Under the pieces are notes generated by a model. The model was not told where the DNA came from, did not search any database, and worked only from the letters and a program-made list of their open reading frames with translations. A stretch of DNA of 64,000 nucleotides. Origin: Candidatus Doudnabacteria bacterium. GTDB lineage: Bacteria; Patescibacteriota; Doudnabacteria; UBA920; O2-02-FULL-48-8. The DNA lies in assembly GCA_019659055.1 (NCBI GenBank), contig JAIFWV010000001.1, positions 6,123 through 70,122 of the forward strand, written 5' to 3'. Made by a program: the position numbers and the translations under genes. Of this stretch, positions 56,871 to 64,000 are shown piece by piece. Position 1 is the stretch's first letter. Every line of letters begins with the position of its first letter.

Positions 56871-57499
56871 TTTTTCTCCTTAGGTAAGCAACGTATAGGC
56901 TTACCACCTTGAATCGTCACGCGGGTGTTGAATTCCGTCGAAATTGCCGCGTCATAGGCGGCAGTGTGCGCAAACGCTTTGCGCATGAGATCGAGATGAA
57001 ACCAGTCGTGAGATCCTTCCGGCCGCTCGAGCTCCTTGAGCAACATGTCATAATCATCCGGGTCCACCGCGACGAGTACATACTGGAAATTTTTGGCCGC
57101 GGCGCGGATCATGGTCAGTCCGCCGATATCGATCATTTCGATGAGTTCGGGAACGGTGGTCTCTGGCTTAGCGGCTGTCGGTGCGAACGGATACAGGTTG
57201 CAGATGACAACATCGATGAGATCGATTGCATGCTCCTTGAGGAACGCCATGTCTTCCGGGTTGTCGCGGCGCGCGAGGATCCCCGCCTGGATCTTGGGAT
57301 GCATCGATTTGACCCGGCCGCCCATCCCCTCGGGAAATCCCGTGACTTCGGAGACATCTGTGACTGGAAGATTGGCAGCGCTAAGCGCCTTGGACGTGCC
57401 GCCGGTGGATACGAGTTCGAAACCGAGCTTGATGAGGCCCGCCCCCACGTCCTCAAGTTTCCGCTTGTCGTATACGCTCAGGAGTGCTCTTCTTGCCAT
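56867..57499 (-). CDS. purH: IMP cyclohydrolase (MGS-like) domain of PurH, encoded as a separate ORF
   Basis: ALLSVYDKRKLEDVGAGLIKLGFELVSTGGTSKAL...TGFPEGMGGRVKSMHPKIQAGIL is the MGS-like IMPCH signature. Confidence 0.8.
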   Translation of the reverse strand: MARRALLSVYDKRKLEDVGAGLIKLGFELVSTGGTSKALSAANLPVTDVSEVTGFPEGMGGRVKSMHPKIQAGILARRDNPEDMAFLKEHAIDLIDVVICNLYPFAPTAAKPETTVPELIEMIDIGGLTMIRAAAKNFQYVLVAVDPDDYDMLLKELERPEGSHDWFHLDLMRKAFAHTAAYDAAISTEFNTRVTIQGGKPIRCLPKEKK

Positions 57500-57600
57500 T
57501 GATCTAACCCTCTTTCTTGTTGTAAAAGAAAATCTAAAAGCCAGTCTTCTAGACTGGCTCCTGTGAAGATATATTATTGTATTTGCGCCATAAAATCAAC

Positions 57601-57677
57601 TGGTGCGCTTGGGTGGACTCGAACCACCGGCCTTTCCCTTCGGAGGGGAACGCTCTAATCCACTGAGCTACAAGCGC
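57601..57677 (-). tRNA. tRNA-Arg (anticodon CCG)
   Basis: It forms a cloverleaf: acceptor gcgcttg/caagcgc, D-arm agctcagtggattagagc, anticodon loop cuCCGaa, T-arm ggtggttcgagtccacc. The 3' CCA is encoded. Confidence 0.85.
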
Positions 57678-57682
57678 CTTAC

Positions 57683-58201
57683 CTATGGCTTCCTTCGATT
57701 GTTACGGATCGGCATAAGGTATTTGCGAGTATCCGAATCCAGATCGAGGTAAGCATCGACAATTTCGTTGCGCATTTTACTCGACGTAGATTTGCCGAAT
57801 GAGACTAATTCTACCCGCACGCCTTGGATCTGCAAATACTCAAGCAGGGGAATATAGTCGCCGTCACCCGAGGCCAGCACGACACAATCCAATTTAGGTA
57901 GAAGCTTGATAATATCCATAACAATTCCCACATCCCAATCGCCTTTTTTGGTCCCGCCGTAATAAGTCTGTAGGTCTTTGAGTTTCACTTCAAATCCGGC
58001 CTTCTTCAAAGCATCAAAGAAAGTCTGCTCTTCGGGCATGTCGGCCTTAATCCCGTAGGCAATCGCCCGCACAATCGGCCGATCGCCGGCCGCATCTTTC
58101 AAAATTGTCGTAAAATTTACTCTCGCATTGTAAACATTCCGGGCGGTGTAATATAAATTTTGAATATCTACAAAAATTCCTACTCTTTGTTCTGCACGCA
58201 T
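57683..58201 (-). CDS. NYN-domain (LabA-like) protein
   Basis: VGIFVDIQNLYY...DCVVLASGDGDYIPLL is the NYN/PIN-like signature. Confidence 0.75.
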   Translation of the reverse strand: MRAEQRVGIFVDIQNLYYTARNVYNARVNFTTILKDAAGDRPIVRAIAYGIKADMPEEQTFFDALKKAGFEVKLKDLQTYYGGTKKGDWDVGIVMDIIKLLPKLDCVVLASGDGDYIPLLEYLQIQGVRVELVSFGKSTSSKMRNEIVDAYLDLDSDTRKYLMPIRNNRRKP

Positions 58202-58223
58202 AAAAAATTGTTCCTAAATTAAT

Positions 58224-59246
58224 TTACAAAAGTTTATTGAGTTCTGTTTCCGTGATTTTTTCTGGTTCAGCTGAGTCCAACTGCAAAGTACTGGCGTTGG
58301 TGATCTGATTCTTGAGCTTACCGTAGCCATCGACCAAGGCTCCCATGGAATTATTGGTATTTTTGACGTGATTGGCCATGGTGTCCAAGGTTTTGCCGAA
58401 CTTGTCGCTCTCCTGCTTGATGCCATTGATCATGGCTAGCACTTGTTGGGCGGCCTTGTTTATCTGCTGGCCGCGTAAAGACACCAAAAACGTCTGCAAA
58501 GTCAGATACAAAGTATTTGGGCCAACCATGACAACTTTTTTGTCGCGAGCATAGGCGCAGGTCGGGAGATCTTCGGCCACTTCCATGTACACCCCTTCGC
58601 TTGGAATAAACATCAGCGCAAAATCATAAGTCCCCTCCTGCGGCAGAATATATTTTTTGTGAATCTCATCAATGCGTTTCTTGACGTCCTTGAGGAAAAG
58701 TTTGCGCTGGTCTTCGGTTGCCTCTTCGGTCTTGGCTTCTTTAAACAATCGATAATTCTCCATGCTAAATTTGCTGTCGATTGGCAAAAGCAAGTCACCG
58801 ACCTTGACTGCGGCATCTACGACTTCCCCGTTTTTGAATCGATATTGGTATTTGGTAAATTCTTTGGGGAAAACCTGGTTGAGCATATTTTCGAGCACCT
58901 CTTCACCAAAGTTGCCGCGCATCTTGGGCGAAGCCAAAGTCTCCGAAAGTCTGCGGATGTCGGGCCCGAGTTGCCCCATGCTTCCCAACTCCTTTGATAA
59001 CCCGGCAATCACTCGGCCGGCATTATCCAGGCGCTCGTTGATGGCCTTGTTGAGTTCTTTGATGTTTTGCTCTGTGGTCTGTTTACTGCTTTCTGTTCCT
59101 TGTTTTATATCCTTCATCCATTCCATCATGACGTTGAGCGCTTCCGAATCTTTGGGTTTGGTCAGGAAGGCGCGCAAAACTAAAATAACCGCTACAAAGC
59201 CGGCTACTATAAAACCTACAATTATAAAAAGTGATTGCGAATTCAT
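58224..59246 (-). CDS. rmuC: DNA recombination protein RmuC
   Basis: An N-terminal TM and coiled-coil are followed by RGNFGEEVLENML and a RmuC-type C-terminal domain. Confidence 0.8.
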   Translation of the reverse strand: MNSQSLFIIVGFIVAGFVAVILVLRAFLTKPKDSEALNVMMEWMKDIKQGTESSKQTTEQNIKELNKAINERLDNAGRVIAGLSKELGSMGQLGPDIRRLSETLASPKMRGNFGEEVLENMLNQVFPKEFTKYQYRFKNGEVVDAAVKVGDLLLPIDSKFSMENYRLFKEAKTEEATEDQRKLFLKDVKKRIDEIHKKYILPQEGTYDFALMFIPSEGVYMEVAEDLPTCAYARDKKVVMVGPNTLYLTLQTFLVSLRGQQINKAAQQVLAMINGIKQESDKFGKTLDTMANHVKNTNNSMGALVDGYGKLKNQITNASTLQLDSAEPEKITETELNKLL

Positions 59247-59352
59247 AATTCCTGTTTATTATACCAAATTCAGCCAAATTAACATATGTAGGCCAAAATT
59301 CTACCCCAGTAATCTGGGCCTTTTTTGTACCCTTTTAGGGAGGAAAACATAC

Positions 59353-59382
59353 TTGACTAAACCTCAGCATTGAGGCTATGAT
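59353..59382 (+). promoter_or_regulatory. sigma70-type promoter: TTGACT, 18 nt spacer, TATGAT, upstream of the MreB-like gene
   Basis: ttgact is at 59353-59358 and tatgat at 59377-59382. The RBS aggagg lies 6 nt before the ATG at 59459. Confidence 0.5.
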
Positions 59383-59458
59383 AATGCGTCAATCTTTGAG
59401 CGAAACAGCAAAAAACCGCAGCAATAATTGACACTTTCACATACCACTAGGAGGCGGA

Positions 59459-60697
59459 ATGAAATTTCTTTCAAACGCACTTTCGGCCGTTTCTGGCCGA
59501 TTCACTACGGCGGAAAAGTCAAAACAGCCCCCAGGCATAATCTGTATCGACCTGGGTACGGCCAATGCCCTGGTTCATGCCAACGGCGAATTTGGCTGTA
59601 TCTTGGTGGAAGATCTCGTTCAGAAGGAAACACGTTCGGTTTCTCATATCCGCACAATTGTCGCCCGTAAAGGCCGTGCGGAAGAGATGGACGACTTTCA
59701 GCGAAGAATCGACAAAGAACGCGGAAGAGCTGACATGAGAACCCCCGATGAAGACTTGGATTTAGACATCGAGGCGGTGGGCCAAGACGCGTTCGAGATG
59801 TGGGGTCGAGCACCAAGGCTGATATTTGACCGCGCGGTGAAGCGTGGCAACATCGCCAATATCCGTGCGTACCGCGCAGTGATGCGTTATCTCATTGCCA
59901 TGGTTCATCCGGAATTCAAGTGGTGTTTTCCCGAATCCTCGCCCAAGCCGAAGATCTTCATCGGCGTCCCGGACAGTGCAGACAAATATCATCTCAGTGC
60001 CGTCCGCGGAGTCATCGAGCGCAACCTCAAGGCTGATGCAATCACAGTCATTGAACAGATCGCCTCGGTCGTCGGCGCAAAACTCAAGGGGGGCGGAACT
60101 ATCCCCTATCTGCAGCCGGCTTCGGTCGCGATCGCAGACCTCGGCGGTGGCACTCTCGATTTCGCCGTTCTGAATCACTGTCAGGTCGTAGATCGCGTAA
60201 GCTACGAGACAGCTGGTGACGAAATGGATCTTGCCATCATTGATTGCCTGCGAAAAGGGCCACACTTCATCGATATCGGTTTTCGAACCGCGATCGAAAT
60301 CAAAGAAGCTCTCGGCAGCGCCATACCTCGTGAAGAGGATGACGAAAAACCCTACGAGGTCTACGGGGCAAAATTCCAGCAGGAGCAACCTGGAAGCACG
60401 ACGGTAACCCCGAAAGTAATCCGAGAGTGCCTAATGCCGGTATTACAGGTTATCGTCAATGATTTCCGAAGATATCTACAGAGGCTCAAAAATCACGGCG
60501 AAGTGCACGCCGACATCATGCAGAACGGTTTTTACATCACTGGCGGTGCGTCACTTCTCTATGGTTTCGACCAATACCTCGCGCGCGAGATGGGACTGCC
60601 GATCAAGCCCGTTGAGAACGCCATGACATCGGTCATCGATGGGCTGGTGATCATGTCGGAAAACCACAAACTTCTCGAACTTGGATTGGCCAAGTAG
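59459..60697 (+). CDS. divergent MreB-like actin-family ATPase with a 45-aa charged insertion
   Basis: Phosphate-1 is IICIDLGTANALV, phosphate-2 is ADLGGGTLDFAVL, and the adenosine motif is ITGGASLL. The core region IGVPDSA...IEQIASVVGAKL...AGDEMDLAIIDCLR aligns with MreB. GC is about 58%, far above the genome background. Confidence 0.7.
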   Translation: MKFLSNALSAVSGRFTTAEKSKQPPGIICIDLGTANALVHANGEFGCILVEDLVQKETRSVSHIRTIVARKGRAEEMDDFQRRIDKERGRADMRTPDEDLDLDIEAVGQDAFEMWGRAPRLIFDRAVKRGNIANIRAYRAVMRYLIAMVHPEFKWCFPESSPKPKIFIGVPDSADKYHLSAVRGVIERNLKADAITVIEQIASVVGAKLKGGGTIPYLQPASVAIADLGGGTLDFAVLNHCQVVDRVSYETAGDEMDLAIIDCLRKGPHFIDIGFRTAIEIKEALGSAIPREEDDEKPYEVYGAKFQQEQPGSTTVTPKVIRECLMPVLQVIVNDFRRYLQRLKNHGEVHADIMQNGFYITGGASLLYGFDQYLAREMGLPIKPVENAMTSVIDGLVIMSENHKLLELGLAK

Positions 60698-60709
60698 TCT
60701 GGAGCAGAC

Positions 60710-61531
60710 ATGTCCTTTGGAGACACGGATCGGACAACAAGAGTGGCGCAAGGTCCTTCCATACCGAAACCTGAATTCCCAGTTGCTCAGGGTCATAGCA
60801 AGAACTGGCTTTACGCAGGGCTTGCGGTACTGTTAACCGCTTTGACCATCGGTGCGTGCCGACCGTCCAGCGTCCCGTTTACGACCGTTGGGTGGAGTAT
60901 CTTCTGGATTTTCGCTGTTCTCCTTCTGGTCGTAGGAATCTACAGCCTCGTGAGGGCCGAATCTTGGGACCATAAGTATGATCGCCCACTCGAAGCTGGC
61001 CTCGTAATTGCCCTCGTTGTTATCGGTGTATGGCTTTGGAACAGTAGTCCTAAACCCTTGAATCGCCCGGCCATTCAGGAAGCGAAAGTCACCGCACCGG
61101 ACGTGAAGAAAGTGGTTCAGGATCCGGCTCCACAGCTGACAAGCAACGCCCAGCCGAGACAACCTGCGGATCAGTCGTCGATCGGAGCTCAGGTTCACAA
61201 CCTTCAGGACGACGTGAGTCATCTGAAGTTGGACCAGAAGACCACCAACCGACGGATCGAAGGTATCAAACACGAGCTGTTGTATCCTCTCAAGGACGAG
61301 CAAACTGATACCAAACGGAGGATCCAGAGCTTCAAGCACGAGCTCATCTATCCGCTTCGTGACAAAGTCGCGGTGCTGGAGACCGTGCCCAAAAGCAGTC
61401 CGCTCGCGATCAATCAACCCATACCAAGGAGGAACCAAGTAGTAGCTAGGTCGGCCTGGAAATCCCAACCGACATTTGTCTATCTCACCGACCGAGAAAA
61501 ACAACTTCTCGCCCAAGCGAGACGCAAATAA
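60710..61531 (+). CDS. 3-TM membrane protein with an internally repeated C-terminal region
   Basis: The internal repeats are NRRIEGIKHELLYPLKDE and KRRIQSFKHELIYPLRDK. It is GC-rich and co-oriented 12 nt downstream of the MreB-like gene. Confidence 0.5.
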   Translation: MSFGDTDRTTRVAQGPSIPKPEFPVAQGHSKNWLYAGLAVLLTALTIGACRPSSVPFTTVGWSIFWIFAVLLLVVGIYSLVRAESWDHKYDRPLEAGLVIALVVIGVWLWNSSPKPLNRPAIQEAKVTAPDVKKVVQDPAPQLTSNAQPRQPADQSSIGAQVHNLQDDVSHLKLDQKTTNRRIEGIKHELLYPLKDEQTDTKRRIQSFKHELIYPLRDKVAVLETVPKSSPLAINQPIPRRNQVVARSAWKSQPTFVYLTDREKQLLAQARRK

Positions 61532-61701
61532 CCCCTTCCCCTAGATGCAATCATCCGATTGCTTCTAGGGGATTTTTTCTTGATTTTTTTCACGAATAGT
61601 AGTATACTCCTTTAGCTTACAGGATTTCGATTCTTGAGGTGACATAAAGGAATCCAGAGCCTGTTTTTAATTAGGTAACTTGGTGCGGCTTGCAAATAGA
61701 T

Positions 61702-61778
61702 GCCGGCGTAGCTCAATTGGTTAGAGCGTGGGACTCATAAGCCCAAGGTAGCTGGTTCGAAGCCAGCCGCCGGCACCA
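61702..61778 (+). tRNA. tRNA-Met (anticodon CAT, elongator-type)
   Basis: Acceptor gccggcg/cgccggc, anticodon loop cuCAUaa, T-arm gctggttcgaagccagc. CCA is encoded. Confidence 0.85.
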
Positions 61779-61912
61779 GGGAATTCCTTATTTCAAATAG
61801 CGAGCATTGTTGTAAATTTAGCCCGCGGAGGACGACGGTCCGAGCGAGCAGGCCGAAATTTCAGCAGAAATTTACGGCCGGTAAATTTACAATCAATGCG
61901 AGCGCAACACGT

Positions 61913-61987
61913 CGCGGGGTAGAGAAATGGCATCTCGCAAGGCTCATAACCTTGAGATTGGCGGTTCGAATCCGCCCCCCGCAACCA
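61913..61987 (+). tRNA. tRNA-fMet (initiator, anticodon CAT)
   Basis: A 5' C1 opposite A72 mismatch (cgcgggg...ccccgcA) is typical of a bacterial initiator. The anticodon stem caagg/ccttg carries loop cuCAUaa. The T-arm is ggcggttcgaatccgcc. Confidence 0.85.
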
Positions 61988-62008
61988 AGAAAATATATAA
62001 CACTAAGA

Positions 62009-62087
62009 GCTCGCTTGGTGTAGCCCGGTCTAACACGTCTCCCTGTCACGGAGAAGACCACGGGTTCAAATCCCGTAGCGAGCGCCA
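62009..62087 (+). tRNA. tRNA-Asp (anticodon GTC)
   Basis: Acceptor gctcgct/agcgagc, anticodon loop cuGUCac, T-arm cgggttcaaatcccg. CCA is encoded. Confidence 0.85.
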
Positions 62088-62387
62088 CAAAGCACATCTC
62101 ATTTCGAGGTGTTTTTTGTTATCCGCAAAAAAACAAACACCTCAACTTTCGTCGAGGTGTTTATGAGAGACTAGAGTCTCTTCTTTTTGCCGCCGGACTT
62201 TCGTTTCTTGGCAGCCTTTTTCTTCTTAGCCATTTTATGCTAGAAGCTCCATGTGCCTCCGGATAAAAATTTTTAAAGTTTTTAGCGGAGACTTATAATT
62301 TTTTTTCATCTTTCACTCCGAGAAATTTTTCGGAGGTCAAGCCAAATATAACTAACATCTCAAGCGTAAACTAAATTGGCAATGCTG

Positions 62388-63785
62388 TCAAGTACTTTTT
62401 GCATATTTTTTTAGGAACTTGCCGGCATCATTTTCGTTTTTGATTTCACTGAGTAAAATTTTTACCTTCATCGCGCTTGCGATTTGTCCGATTTGGATCC
62501 CCGAAGAAAGTTTTGTGACGCGCATTATGTACGCTCCGCCTGCGAATTTATCGAGCAAAGATTTTTTCGCTCTGATAACTTCAAGATATTTTTCACCCAG
62601 TTGGACGGACTCACTGTTTCCAGGTTTGATGCCGCCGTTTTCCATAAGCCTCAAGTTACCGGCTGAGTCTGCCCTCCACAATACCAGCAGAGCCGAAAAA
62701 TCGGGATGTAATGCATATTTTGCCTGTTTTAAGGGCTTCGCAGTCCTAAAGTTGAGTCTGTCATCGTGATGGATTATGAGCCAATCGATAAGATTTCTGG
62801 ATCTTTTGGAAAACCTAAATCTGGATGCGAACTTGAGAAAAATTTCATGAGAAACTTTCTGATGTCCGAAATGCCTCATGACTTTTTCGCCATCGATAAT
62901 TTCGGTATGGGAAGGTTTGATCTTGCCGATATCATGAAACCAACCGGCATAGATCAAATCCAAATCCGGCGGCAAAAGCCCTACCACACTGAGAGTGTGA
63001 TAATACATACTCCCCTCCAAATGGTATTTTTTCGAGTTGTGGAAAACTTTTTTTAATTGCACAAATTCCGGCAAAATAAATTTCATAAGGCCCAATGTGC
63101 AAAGCTCATCCAAACCGCGGACCCGGTCACTGCAGAGCAGTATTTTATCCAACTCTTGTTTGATGCGCTCAGCGGAAACGTCCTGAATTAGTTTGGCCCG
63201 GGTCTTAATCGCCGCAAAAGAATTTTTTTCAAGTCTAAATCCCAGGGTTACGGCAAACCTTACGGCTCGCATCATGCGCAAAGGATCCTCATCGATCCGT
63301 TTCTTGGGATCGCCGACAAAACGGATAATTCTTTTTTTGATATCCTCCATACCGCCGGCCGGATCAAAAAGCTCACGGCTGACCGGGTTGAAGTATAGGG
63401 CGTTTATAGTGAGGTCCCGTCTTTGAGCATCGTCGAGGTATTCGCGGATAAACTCCACTTCATCCGGATGACGCAGATCGCTATATCTGGATTCCCGACG
63501 GAAGGTTGTAATCTCGACGAGATTACCTTTGGGAGTCGCCAAAATCGTCCCATATTTTTTGCCGATTTGCTTGAAGCTGATTTTGGCTTGTGTCAGTATT
63601 TTCTCAACATTATCCGGCAGAGCGTCGGTGGCGATATCAATGTTGTCCGAAGTTTTCCCGGTGATTAGGTCGCGCACATATCCGCCAACGAAGAATCCTT
63701 GAAATTTTTGGTTGTTTAAAAGCCGGACAATATCTAATCCGGCTTTCTCTAATTCACTTTTTGGTTTCCAATTCAGTTTCTGCAC
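62388..63785 (-). CDS. cca: CCA-adding tRNA nucleotidyltransferase with an HD domain
   Basis: GGYVRDLITGK...DIDIAT is the pol-beta nucleotidyltransferase signature. A downstream HD motif is WFHDIGK. Confidence 0.85.
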   Translation of the reverse strand: MQKLNWKPKSELEKAGLDIVRLLNNQKFQGFFVGGYVRDLITGKTSDNIDIATDALPDNVEKILTQAKISFKQIGKKYGTILATPKGNLVEITTFRRESRYSDLRHPDEVEFIREYLDDAQRRDLTINALYFNPVSRELFDPAGGMEDIKKRIIRFVGDPKKRIDEDPLRMMRAVRFAVTLGFRLEKNSFAAIKTRAKLIQDVSAERIKQELDKILLCSDRVRGLDELCTLGLMKFILPEFVQLKKVFHNSKKYHLEGSMYYHTLSVVGLLPPDLDLIYAGWFHDIGKIKPSHTEIIDGEKVMRHFGHQKVSHEIFLKFASRFRFSKRSRNLIDWLIIHHDDRLNFRTAKPLKQAKYALHPDFSALLVLWRADSAGNLRLMENGGIKPGNSESVQLGEKYLEVIRAKKSLLDKFAGGAYIMRVTKLSSGIQIGQIASAMKVKILLSEIKNENDAGKFLKKYAKST

Positions 63786-64000
63786 TAGATAACTTTTTTA
63801 AAGCTAATCTGATCGTGATCATCCATGAGCGCAAGATATGCTTCGACTTGTTTGTCGGGATATTTGGACTGCGTGACCGAAACCGCGTGGCGCAATTTAA
63901 GCTCACGCTCGCGGGCCTCTTCTTCCGTGGAGTCAAAACTTAGTTCGCTGAGATCAAGACAACCGATGTGGCTAAAAATTATTATTCTCGGGATATTATG
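63786..64000 (-). CDS. partial CDS (C-terminal 71 codons; the 5' end lies beyond the window edge), hypothetical
   Basis: Manual translation of the minus strand gives ...HNIPRIIIFSHIGCLDLSELSFDSTEEEARERELKLRHAVSVTQSKYPDKQVEAYLALMDDHDQISFKKVI*. The stop is at 63786-63788. Confidence 0.4.

Noticed and set aside
63754-63936. Track ORF 63754..63936 (-), which overlaps the cca start.
   Set aside because: It is in the wrong frame relative to the convincing partial CDS 63786..64000 (-), which reads cleanly into a stop at 63786.

Overview
The window is a gene-dense, small-gene bacterial segment of about 42-46% GC. Gene content and organisation look like a Candidate Phyla Radiation / Patescibacteria-type genome; this is inferred from the sequence only, and no database was consulted. 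Recognisable housekeeping genes make up most of the window. They include a secE-nusG-[SPFH]-rplK-rplA cluster, rpmA, rplI, pyrG, ftsEX, and prfB with its classical +1 frameshift site. They also include fmt-def, gltX, gyrB, an unusual pheS, a purH split into two ORFs, a dcd-CYTH-thyA-folA / folC nucleotide-folate block, cca, rmuC, and four tRNAs. Accessory features are two tandem secreted multidomain glycoside-hydrolase-like proteins (with NPCBM and PA14 domains), an ABC exporter pair, a UvrD-type helicase fused to a PD-(D/E)XK nuclease, and several surface proteins. Five stretches are markedly more GC-rich than the background: 1-4850, 47800-48060, 54950-55850, 24190-24390 and 59459-61531. These carry, respectively, a Cas4-like Fe-S nuclease with unknown partners, ORF-free regions that are terminator-bounded on the minus strand (three such regions in total, two of them at 47800-48060 and 54950-55850), and a divergent MreB-like actin homologue with a repeat-containing membrane protein next to a tRNA cluster. 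Several intergenic repeat families recur at multiple loci: a conserved leader upstream of secE, rplK and rplI; TTAGAAA heptamer arrays; and a GAAGCTG 3' UTR repeat with a hairpin. A palindrome/iteron-like cluster flanks one small GC-rich ORF. No CRISPR array, rRNA or obvious transposase was seen.
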